Below are positions 1-9,952 of a stretch of 22,510 bases of DNA, in pieces. The stretch is from Octopus sinensis (lineage: Eukaryota). The DNA lies in the NCBI RefSeq assembly GCF_006345805.1, contig NW_021836928.1:1-22510 (forward strand), written 5' to 3'. Numbering within the stretch: position 1 is the stretch's first letter; each line of letters begins with the position of its first letter. Under the pieces are notes generated by a model. That model was not told the origin of the DNA. It did no database searches and saw only the letters and a list, made by a program, of their open reading frames with translations. A program made the position numbers and the translations under genes.

Positions 1-14
1 GTGGGATGGACAAT

Positions 15-195
15 GATGATGGCGGCGGTGAGGGAGGTAGTGGTGGTGGCGGCGTGTGGTAAAAGATAATTATCATGAAGGGCGTTGCTGGGTGTAGAGC
101 GGTGTTGGCGGAGGTGGTGTGGTTGTTATTGCTGGAATGGCGGCGGTAGTGGCGGTGGTTGGTGGTGGTGGTGGTGGTGGTGGCGACGGCGGTGA
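15..195. repeat. Degenerate (GGT)n/(GGC)n trinucleotide tract
   Basis: Visible ggtggtggtggcggc runs; boundaries approximate. Confidence 0.85.
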
Positions 196-504
196 TTGAT
201 TCATTGAAATCCATCAGGTCAACGTGTCCCTGATCCTCAACTGATGAGGTGAGAATCCAGACAAGCGGGTTTCGTCACACGTCTTGCACACAGCTTCGTT
301 TTATTGCTCTACCGACCTACAAACATACGCACACACACACACACCCACAACCACCCTCACACGTGCAAAGACTGCGCAACTGCGTACTGGTCGTTTAGGT
401 ATAGACTTAACCTTATATACACACATCCATCCATATATATACACACATGCACACACGCATACATGCATGTATGCATTTATACATATATATGTATATATTA
501 TTAA

Positions 505-715
505 AATTATAAGTTAGGGTATCTAAGAGATACCACCACGCTGGAAATAGCAGCCAAAACTTGTCTCTAAAACCACATTAAATGTCCATACAGCACCAGG
601 AGAGAAGATAAACAGACAATATAAACTAGCAAAAGAAAAATTACTGGATAATTCCAGATCCTGGATTTCTGGTTCTGCATAAGAAATCCGTTGCCTTCAT
701 CAGTAGAATACACTC
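505..715 (-). mobile_element. Possible Penelope-like terminal fragment with a degenerate hammerhead-like core
   Basis: Minus strand reads CTGATGA-A-GGCA-acggatttctta-TGCA-GAACC (703 to 671). This has the same CTGAnGA+A start as the motif at 1119, but stem II and GAAA are broken. Confidence 0.25.
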
Positions 716-853
716 AGATAGCATATAAATACAAATATATATATACAACATACGATATACTTACATATACGAACGTATACATATATATATATGCACGTAT
801 GCACACAGCCGGTATTTAAATAACGATCTTATCCTTATTTATATATATATACA

Positions 854-898
854 CTTTACTCTTTTACTTGTTTCAGCTATTTGACTGCAGCCATGCTG
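854..898 (-). mobile_element. 3' tail fragment of SINE family B
   Basis: ctttactcttttacttgtttcagctatttgactgcagccatgctg closely matches the in-window copy at about 9995-10033 (ttttatttgtttcagtcatttgactgcggccatgctg). Confidence 0.65.
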
Positions 899-908
899 TG
901 TGTGTGTG

Positions 909-947
<39 letters not shown>

Positions 948-1030
948 CACAACACATACATATAATATTATATATTATATATATATATATATATTACACA
1001 TACACACACACACATATAATATATATACAC
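899..1030. repeat. Compound (TG)n/(TA)n/(CA)n microsatellite
   Basis: Directly visible. Confidence 0.9.
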
Positions 1031-1111
1031 GCATTTCAAAATGTAACCAGATAAGAATCGTTGGGGATTTCTTTTCCTCCGTCTTCGTTTCTATTGGACA
1101 TTCCTCTATCC

Positions 1112-1150
1112 CCTATTTCTGAAGAAGAGCTTTGCTCGAAACGTTAAACC
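1112..1150 (+). ncRNA. Minimal type I hammerhead-ribozyme-like motif (Penelope-associated type)
   Basis: CTGAAGA (1119-1125), extra A, stem II GAGC-ttt-GCTC (1127-1137), GAAAC (1138-1142), GTT. Stem III is the palindrome AACGTT. Stem I is only about 3 bp (ttt/aaa). Confidence 0.5.
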
Positions 1151-1449
1151 ACTTTTCTTTTCTCCCCTGAGCGTCTGCTAATACCTCACATGTACCACTT
1201 ACTCGCGTTGTTGATTTTGTGTTTTTCTTCGTACTTTTAGGATTTAGTATATATACGTATATGTATATTGTTATTCTACCTATTATATACGTTATTATTA
1301 TTATTATTTTTTTGCAATTCGCTTAATCATTGACATTTTATTGTTATTTTAATTTTAATATTTCTATTATATGTAATTTTCTAGATGGTGTAATTTAATT
1401 GTTCATTTTGAATTGATAAAAGGTGGTGTTTTTTCTAACATTTTATATA

Positions 1450-1488
1450 TGTATATGGATGTATATATATATATGTATATATACATGT

Positions 1489-1576
<88 letters not shown>

Positions 1577-1590
1577 GTATATATATACAC
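1450..1590. repeat. Compound (TA)n/(CA)n microsatellite
   Basis: Directly visible. Confidence 0.9.
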
Positions 1591-1833
1591 TGATATCCTT
1601 TATTAAGGATAATTCATAATTCTCTTCCTCTCAGACGATTTTGTATTTGGTATTTATATGGAGATCTTGGTTGAACGATTTATGCCTCATATGCACAACT
1701 ATTGTAGAAGCACCCAGCATGTCTGCCATTCACTTGTTTTTCAATTACTAATTACGTGTTCTAAACAAAATCATCATCATCATCATCATCAACAACAACA
1801 GCAGCATCACCATCCAGAACGTCAATAGCAATA

Positions 1834-2231
1834 ATCTTTTCTACTCTAGGCACAAGACCCGAAATCTTTGGGGAGGGGGCCCGGTCGATTACATCTAACC
1901 CAGTACGCAACTGGTACTTAATTTATCGACTCCGAAAGGATGAAAGGCAAAGTCGACCTGGACAGAATTTGAGCTCAGAACGTAAAGACTGACGAAATAC
2001 CTATTTCTTTACTACCCACTTTGGGCTGAACACAGAGAGGACAAACAAGGACAGAGAAGTGGATTAAGTGAATTATATCGACCCCAGTGCGTAACTGGTA
2101 CTTATTTCATCGACCCCGAAAAGATGAAAGGCAAAGTCGACCTCGGCGGAATTTGAGCTCAGAATGTAGCAGCAGACGAAATACTGCTAAGCATTTCGCC
2201 CGGCGTGCTAACGTTTCTGCCAGCTCGCCGC
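1834..2231 (-). mobile_element. tRNA-derived SINE family A, dimeric form
   Basis: Minus strand begins gcggcgagctggcagaaacgttagc (A-box-like) and has B-box-like gagctcaaattcc. The body is repeated at about 2068-2184 and 1884-2000. The 3' end gagtagaaaagattatt runs into a simple-repeat tail at about 1772-1833. Confidence 0.85.
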
Positions 2232-2279
2232 AAAAAGTCCAACAGCGATCACTGCCATACATATACATGCACATGCGCG

Positions 2280-2490
2280 CTCACACACATGCACACACGC
2301 ACAAATACACACACATACACACAAATACATATATTCACACATGCATACACCACACATATATGAGTGAGTTCGTCTGTGTGTGCGTGTGTGTTGGAGAACG
2401 GGCATATATATGTGTGTGTGTGCGTGCTTGTGTATGTGTGTGTGTGTGTGGTGTGTGTGTCTGTGTCTCTGTGTGTGTGTGTGTACGTAC
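2280..2490. repeat. (CA)n/(TG)n microsatellite block
   Basis: Directly visible; abuts the SINE B head on the right. Confidence 0.9.
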
Positions 2491-2491
2491 A

Positions 2492-2658
2492 TACGACAGG
2501 CTTCATTCAGTTTCTATCTAACAAATCCACTTACATTCTGAGGCTACAGTGGAAGACATTTTCGCAAGGTACCACGCATGGTGGACATTTGCGCAAGGTA
2601 CCATGCACTGGGGTTGAAACCGGAACCATGATGTTGGGAAGCAAATTTCTTACCACAC
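2492..2658 (-). mobile_element. SINE family B, tRNA-like head (diverged, with an internal ~28-bp tandem duplication)
   Basis: tacgacaggcttcattcagtttctatctaacaaatccact...gaaaccggaaccatg...ttaccacac aligns by eye with 10640-10753. gacatttxxgcaaggtaccaygca occurs twice. Confidence 0.75.
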
Positions 2659-2829
2659 CTAACTGGCAGTCATTACAGCTGTTGTTTAACCCCAGGTCTG
2701 TCCTACTCAAACACATATATGACTAAAGGAAACCAAATTCCTACCACCTTGGCATTCATTATCGATGATCTTCATGTTCTTCATGAGAGCTTCCTTGGTT
2801 TTGATTGAGATTCTGGGGTTGGTTTCTGA

Positions 2830-3497
2830 TCATGATGAAGATGATGATGATGACGACGATGATGATGATAATGAAGGCGCGGCGCTGGCAGTGAAGATCG
2901 TAGAGTCAGTGTTGTTATTTCCCTTGTTAGAGGTAAGCCGATGGCGAAACCATCCGCGGCGAAACCATCCGCGGCGGAGGCGCATGTGATGATGGTCAAG
3001 ATGATGGCTGCTGATAAGGGTTGATGACGACAAGGATGAAGAAGAGGTGTAAGTGATGACAATGGCGATGGTAAAGACCCCCATGATGACAGCAATGACG
3101 ACGATGTTAATCATGACAACAACGACGATGGTAATCATGATGAAGATCATCATAACGAGGAGGACGAGAAAGATGTGACGGAAGAAGAAGAAGAAGGAGG
3201 AGAAGAAGAAGAAGAAGAAGAAGAAGAAGAAGAAGAAGAAGAAAAAGAAGGAGAAGAACAAGAAGAACAAGGTGATGATGATGATGGTGGTGGTGATCAT
3301 GGTGATGAGGAAGATGATGATGATGATGAGGAAGATGATGATGATGATATGAGGATGATGATGATGATATGATGATGATGATGAGGAAGATGATGATGAT
3401 GATGATGATGATGATGAAGACGTTGGTGATGATCACTATGGTGGTGATGGTGGCATCGACGGCTCTGCTACGTTAATGACGGTGATGATGATGGTGG

Positions 3498-3529
<32 letters not shown>

Positions 3530-3530
3530 C

Positions 3531-3561
<31 letters not shown>

Positions 3562-3660
3562 AATCAAGACGATGGTGATGATCACTATGCTGGTGATGAT
3601 GACATCGACGGCTATGCTACGTTAATGTCGGTGATGATGATGGTGACGATTTTGACAACG
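2830..3660. repeat. Compound (GAT)n/(GAA)n/(GAC)n trinucleotide block
   Basis: (GAA)n at about 3181-3270 and (GAT)n elsewhere. Contains an ~80-bp duplicated unit at 3417-3496 and 3566-3645. Confidence 0.9.
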
Positions 3661-4083
3661 AAGAGTTACAAAGACAACGACGACGGCACTAATGGCAACG
3701 AAGTTAATCATCATCATCATTATAATTACTTTGGTCACATACACGATAATCATGATTAACACCAGCCACCACCACGGACCCTTACGCCACCCGCACCATC
3801 TCTTTTCGCCGCCGCCCCCACCCCACTCCACTCCATAAGGCATCCCATCTATCGATGCAAATCAATTGTAGATGTATGGATGTGTGGCAGACACAGAGCT
3901 TCTAATCAAATATTAACAGACAATTTATTCGATAACAAGTCTAAGCTAATTTAACCAGGCTCGGTTTTGCTTGCTAATTTTGTAACGTTTCTATTACCTC
4001 CCTTGAGAGAGCAGAATAACATGGCTTCCATAACTTGCGAAAACATGGCTTCCCTAACCGAGAAAAAATATATATAATTTCTT

Positions 4084-4245
<162 letters not shown>

Positions 4246-4309
4246 TGTATACACGAAATAGATAGGGCTAACCACATATGAGACTGTTCTTCAGATATAC
4301 AAATAGAAA

Positions 4310-4795
4310 CACACACACACACTCACACGCACACACACACTCACACGCACACACACGCCTAAACGCACCCGCACAAACGCGCCGTTATATTTTTAAAGTA
4401 CATATATATCATATATATAGACATGTATATTTATATATTTGATATGTATATACACACAGACACACAACAACACTCCTACACATATATGTGATATATAATA
4501 TACATATAGACAAACGTAATTAGATACACAAATATACATATATACATACGCATGCATATATATTTATATATATGTGTATACACATATATATATATATACA
4601 TGCATGCATATATATATATATATGTATGTATGTATACATATATGTATGTATGCATGTATATATATGTGCACGCCCGTGTTGGGTGTGACTGCCAGTGAGC
4701 ATGTATGTATGTGTGCATGCATGTGTGCATGTATGTACGTCTGTCTCTTAGTATTCACATGTGTATACATGGCACGCATGTGTGTATGGATATGT
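4310..4795. repeat. Compound (CA)n/(TA)n/(TGTA)n microsatellite region
   Basis: Directly visible. Confidence 0.85.
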
Positions 4796-5009
4796 AATTC
4801 CTAGGAAATACATAATTGGTAAAACAGAAATATATTTTCCAAGATTGCCATCTGACAGAATGACAAGAAGAACAATATTTTTCTCTTTTTCGACAACAAA
4901 AAAAAAATTATAGTAATAAAAAAATAAAAAATAAAAAATAAAAAGAAAGTTGAATTATAAAAGAAATATTAGCAATAATATCATTATTGTCATTACAGCA
5001 AATTGCATA

Positions 5010-5241
5010 CACAAACGCACACATCCATGCGCACACACATGCACATACACATCCACACACACGCACACACTCAGACACATATATATATGTATGTATCTCT
5101 CCCTTTATCTCCAAGTGTAAGTACTTTATATGTTTGTGTGTATACAATATAATATATATGTATATATATATATATGTGTGTGTGTATAATATAATATATA
5201 TGTATAGAAGTGTATGTATATATATATATGTCTGTGTCTGC

Positions 5242-5277
<36 letters not shown>

Positions 5278-5392
5278 TGATAGATTCATACACAGACGTA
5301 CATATATATAACATGTGCACTTATATATATATACATATATATGTATACGCATGATACATACCTACATATGTATATACATATATATATAATAT

Positions 5393-5439
<47 letters not shown>

Positions 5440-5570
5440 TGTGTGCGTGTGTGTGTGTGTATACGAATATATACATGCATATATGCATATATATACATAT
5501 ATATATATACATATATATATATATACATGTGCACTTATATATATATACATGTGCACTTATATATATATAC

Positions 5571-5602
<32 letters not shown>

Positions 5603-5605
5603 CTT
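5010..5605. repeat. Compound (CA)n/(TA)n region with a repeated acatgtgcacttatatatatatacat unit
   Basis: Unit seen at about 5311, 5524 and 5547. Confidence 0.85.
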
Positions 5606-5976
5606 TATATATTTGTTTTTCTTTATATGTGTATCTATATGTACATATGTAATTTTAGCCACAATTGACAACAATATTGTGCCAACCTCGCTGATATATT
5701 TTAATCCAATAATGTTTATATCTGATTAATTTTATCGCCTCAGATATGAGCAAGCAGACATCTGTATTTACCACACACTGCAATGCATCATAATATCAGC
5801 GTCGCAGATGGTTCATTCAAAGGGTGTGGGTCACGGTTGGGGAGGCGTAGGTTTCATTTTTGATTGACGGCCGAGCTGTCATCAGGCCACCTCATTTTAC
5901 CGGCAGAAACATTTGATTCTAATTCCCTTTTATCGCCGCAGCGAGGAATTCGTATTTTATTATCATTATTATTGAT

Positions 5977-6210
5977 GGCGGTGAGCAGGCAAAAGTGCTT
6001 GGAAGCCGGACAAAATGCTTAGCCACATTTCGTCCATCTTTACATTCTGAGTTCAGGTTCCGCCCAAGGTCGACTTTCCCTTTCATCCTCTCGATGTCGA
6101 TAAATTAAGTACCAGTTGGACACTGGCGTCGATGTAATTGTCTCATCCCCTCCCCCAAAATTGCTCCCTTTGAAACCATTATTATTATTACTATTATTAT
6201 TATTATCATT
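5977..6210 (+). mobile_element. tRNA-derived SINE family A with (ATT)n tail
   Basis: Head ggcggtgagcaggcaaaag, B-box-like gagttcaggttcc, body gtcgacttt...gtaccagttg, end tttgaaacc at 6177, then an (ATT)n tail. Confidence 0.85.
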
Positions 6211-6639
6211 GATTGAGTGAGCAGTGCATGCCATCAAAGTGACACTGGGGTAAAATATACGAAGCCTAGTTTACCCATCATGACTACCCGTCTGATGAGG
6301 GTACACTAGGCACATGCATTACAACCATATGTGGGTGACATGGTGATCTCATTTCAAGATAAACAGCGCATAACCTTGCACGTGGGGCCCATTTAGAGTT
6401 TTCTTCTGGCCGAGTGACCATTCCCGCTCAAAAGGTCCCTGAATAAGGGTTGTTTAATGATCTTGAACGAAACACCCATGTTTTCAGAGGTGAATTATTC
6501 TGAATTATATCTGTAGTATTGAGCAGAATATTTGCTGTAGCCCATTTTTTATACCAAGACAAAACAATGTACTTGATAGCACTTTCAATCAGTTAAGATC
6601 AGAAGCCACGAGAGCCACTGCCTGGTACTGCATCAGAGC

Positions 6640-6696
<57 letters not shown>

Positions 6697-6706
6697 CATT
6701 ATTATT
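6211..6706. mobile_element. ~430-bp non-coding interspersed-repeat-like element embedded between (ATT)n tracts
   Basis: Complex sequence at 6211-6641 bounded by (ATT)n at 6178-6210 and 6642-6706. I recall it as a common octopus repeat (unverified). Orientation uncertain. Confidence 0.5.
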
Positions 6707-6709
6707 GAT

Positions 6710-6935
6710 GGCGGTGAGCAGGCAAAAGTGCTTGGAAGCCGGACAAAATGCTTAGCCACATTTCGTCCATCTTTACATTCTGAGTTCAGGTTCCGCCCAA
6801 GGTCGACTTTCCCTTTCATCCTCTCGATGTCGATAAATTAAGTACCAGTTGCGTACTGGGGTCGATCTAATCGACTGGCCGTCTCTGCCAAAACTTTCGC
6901 GCCTTGTGCCTAGAGAAGAAAAGATTATTATTACT
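6710..6935 (+). mobile_element. tRNA-derived SINE family A, chimeric copy
   Basis: Identical to the 5977 copy through 6851. It then switches to a different 3' end (gccttgtgcctagagaagaaaagattatt) resembling the end of the 1834 copy. Confidence 0.85.
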
Positions 6936-6959
6936 GTTGTTGTTGTTGTTAATGCCGCT

Positions 6960-7034
6960 TTTGTTATCATTATCATCACCATCGCATCCTTTAAATATTG
7001 ATAACAACAGATCACAAATTTTATTAATATTGTT

Positions 7035-7065
<31 letters not shown>

Positions 7066-7383
7066 CCGTAAACTTCACCTTCGTCATCATTTTCATCTTC
7101 ATCGTAATCATCATCATCATCATCACTACTACCACACTATCACTCTACAACAACAACAACAACCACCTGCGACACCACTACTACTATCACCACTACCACC
7201 ACCTCCACTACCACCAAAAAACCCATCACCTCCACCATCACCATCACCAACACTACTACCACCAATAACAACAACAACACCTGCATCACTCCATCCCACC
7301 CTACCCCACAACACCCACTCCGACCACCACCACCCCACCACCACCACCACCACCACTACCACTACCACCACCACCACCACCAC
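6960..7383. repeat. (ATC)n/(ACC)n/(AAC)n trinucleotide block
   Basis: Directly visible. Confidence 0.9.
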
Positions 7384-8004
7384 GAATATTCAAAACTGAA
7401 TATTGGACATGTTCCAATTTCATAGAAATGAATGAATCGACGGAAAATTCTTGGCAGAATCAATTACGATGTTTCATTATTATCAAAACATCAAAAAAAA
7501 AAAAAAAGGAAAAATCCGGTGCTTGTGTGTATATATACAGGTATTTAATTGTTTGTGTATATAAATATACATAATGCTTTTATATATATATATATTGTAT
7601 ACATGTGTGTATATATGTGTACGGCTGTATGTATGGCGCTTTGAGTTTTAGTTTTCGAACAAAACGTATCTAGAAAATATACAGTAAAGAATTTATTTAT
7701 TAAAGAATTTATACATTTTAAAATGCTCTGATCTTAGGATATTTTTTCTACAATTTGCTTCTCTCACACCCCTTCTCTCTCTCTCCCCCCTCTTTCAAAT
7801 CCTGCCCCAGTTGTTATCATCGTTCCTACTTCATTCATACTCTATTGTCTTTAAATCTTTCTCTCTCCGTTCTTTTTCTATCGTTCTATAATGTCGCGCG
7901 TTCTCCTTTCAAGTTGCTTGTTTTTCTCTATCAATTCAACAATGCACTTCGAATTATAAGTGAGTGAGTGTTTGACTTTGAGTGCCCGAATGTATGTGTA
8001 TCTC

Positions 8005-8006
8005 AA

Positions 8007-8078
<72 letters not shown>

Positions 8079-8154
8079 ACCGAAACAAATAAAAGAATAA
8101 AAGAATAAAAGTATATATATGTGTGTGTATATACAGTATACATACATACATACA

Positions 8155-8190
<36 letters not shown>

Positions 8191-8225
8191 TATATAATAT
8201 ATATATATATTATATATATATAAGA
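8005..8225. repeat. (TG)/(TA)/(TACA)n microsatellites with a ~33-bp SINE-B-like tail remnant
   Basis: ccgaaacaaataaaagaataaaagaataaaag (about 8079-8111) matches the reverse complement of the tail at about 9960-10010. Confidence 0.7.
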
Positions 8226-8349
8226 ATAAATGTTTTTATATATAATGAACGTGAAATACAGGAAGGGACGAACACGGAACACAGACAATCATTCGAAGCC
8301 TTCAATCTTCAGTCAGACACCGAATCATCATAGCAAATTTCGGCTGTTC

Positions 8350-8386
<37 letters not shown>

Positions 8387-8390
<4 letters not shown>

Positions 8391-8820
8391 GTGTGATCAA
8401 TAAGTATCCGGACTAGTGCTATAAAAACAGGACTACAAAACGTACCAATTTGGCATTTAATCTCCTTCAAATTTGTCCCTTTCGGAAGCCACACACTTAA
8501 TCTAGCGCTGTTTCCATTGATGGAAGCATTTCTGATACTAGATTTCTGGGATAGTCTAGCTCCCTCGTCGCATTCATTTTGATTTCCTCGGCGTCCTGAA
8601 ATCTTCTTCCTTTCAAGCGGGATTTGATTTTTGATAAGAAGAAAAAGTCGCAAGGGGTGTGATCTGGGGAATACGGTGGCTGTCGGACCTGGGGATTGCG
8701 TGCCTAGACAAAAACTGCTGAACAAGTTGCGCTAGATGGGCAGGTATGTTGTCAGCTGTAAGCAGTTTTGGCACAAACTTTGCAAACACGCGTCTCATGC
8801 CCAAATCTTCAGTGAACTCA
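8387..8820 (-). mobile_element. Mariner (IS630-Tc1-mariner) DNA transposon remnant, one TIR, truncated at the other end
   Basis: TIR-like tcaggtgtgatcaataagtatccggact lies directly after a (TA)n tract, about 70 bp beyond the transposase stop. No partner TIR is visible. Confidence 0.85.
8457..8815 (-). pseudogene. Mariner transposase pseudogene fragment
   Basis: Across frames: EDLGMRRVFAKFVPKLLTA/DNIPAHLAQLVQQFLSRHAI, then PQVRQPPYSPDHTPCDFFFLSKIKSRLKGRRFQDAEEIKMNATREL, then TIPEI*YQKCFHQWKQR*IKCVASERDKFEGD*. These match the mariner linker, DNAPAH, YSPDLAPCDF and FEGD* motifs. There are two frameshifts, two internal stops and a large deletion. Confidence 0.9.
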
Positions 8821-9185
8821 ATGGACTGAACTGAACCGTAACTGTCTGAAAAAGATCACTCTGGGTCCTAAATGCAATTTAGGGCCTTCCATAAGCTAAA
8901 TGTGTCCCTGAAACTCACTAACTTTAATCCGACGCAATTTTTTCTTCCTCGCCTGACTCCCGTATTTACTTGAACGTTTTTATTGTTACTTGTACTGTAA
9001 AAAGAATTATCATAACAACGGACTTGCAATTGCTTTAAATTTTGAAAAGCTTTTATGAAGTAAAATTATTCAAGAAAATTAGTGGGAGATATTCAGCAAC
9101 AGTACTTTGGAGTAACGATTGCTTGCCGACATGACATGGCAGTCCTGGTTTAATATGAATGTTGCTGTAATTTAGCCCCACAGGG

Positions 9186-9282
9186 TGTTGTGTTAACAAC
9201 AAACAAGATGAAGACAAATATCTGTCAAATGTAAATAATGTAAATAATGTGCATAATTCCTCATCTCTTAAATTTAGAACTG
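9186..9282 (+). mobile_element. Probable 3' terminal fragment of an interspersed repeat
   Basis: gttgtgttaacaacaaacaagatg...tgtaaataatgtaaataatgt...cttaaatttagaactg. Recognised only from memory of octopus repeats; contains a 9-bp tandem (tgtaaataa)x2. Confidence 0.3.
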
Positions 9283-9503
9283 TATTTTCGAGCTTAGTTT
9301 TGGATTAAAGGTGAACTTAAACTAGTTGAATATGCAAAAAGAATCTTCGGAAGTTGACCATTTTGCTACAAGAAGTGAAATTTGAAATACTGTCTTGATC
9401 GTGGCAAGAAGTTTGGAACGTTGATTTGTTAAAAATTGTAATTAAGCCCAAGTCCAATTCGATTAAATTATATACAACGGAGAGATATACTGACCAAAGC
9501 CAA

Positions 9504-9812
9504 GGCGCATGGTTCGGGTATTCGACTCACGAATGTAAGGTCGTGAGTTCAATTCCCGGTGACGCGTTGTGTCCTTGAGCAAGACACTTTATTTCACGTT
9601 GCCCCAGTCCACTCAGCTGGCAAAAATGAGTAGTACCTGTATTTCAAAGGGTCAGCCTTGTCACACTCTGTGTCATGCTGTATCTCCCTATGAACTACGT
9701 TAGAGATACATGGGTCTGTGGATTGCTCAACTACTTGCACGTTAATTTCACGAGCAAGCTTTTCCGATGATTGTATCAGATGGGACCCTCGTCGTCGTAA
9801 CCGACGGAGTGC
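9504..9812 (+). mobile_element. tRNA-derived SINE family C
   Basis: Head ggcgcatgg, B box gagttcaattccc (9545-9557), central tgtgtccttgagcaagacacttt typical of metazoan SINE central domains, end cgtaaccgacggagtgc. A second copy lies at 10874-11160. Confidence 0.85.
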
Positions 9813-9952
9813 TCCTTTATACTGGCCTAATAACTGATCTAAAAGCATAATTCTAAAGCAAAATGTTTGCTTCTAATATAACTATGACCATTTAATACAA
9901 AAATTCTAATTTTCAAATCTATGTTCCAAACTTTTGGTAAAGTAGTAATATA

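Noticed and set aside
211-290. CTGATGA at 241 with nearby hairpins (atcagg/cctgat, cctca/tgagg)
   Set aside because: No stem II-GAAA follows on the same strand; the GAAAC present is on the opposite strand.
2087-2521. ORFs starting MRNWYLFHRPRKDERQSRPRRN (also 6040, 6589, 6773, 16999, 21552)
   Set aside because: They are translations of SINE family A, not genes.
2765-2940. ORF with an acidic run ending at a good donor (gag|GTAAGC)
   Set aside because: It derives largely from degenerate GAT repeats; no convincing acceptor or homology.
5977-6065. tRNA-like A/B boxes as tRNA genes (also other SINE heads)
   Set aside because: No cloverleaf is discernible, and they are joined to SINE bodies and tails.
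6292-6330. CTGATGA followed by GGGTAC as a hammerhead
   Set aside because: No closing stem II or GAAA at the right distance.
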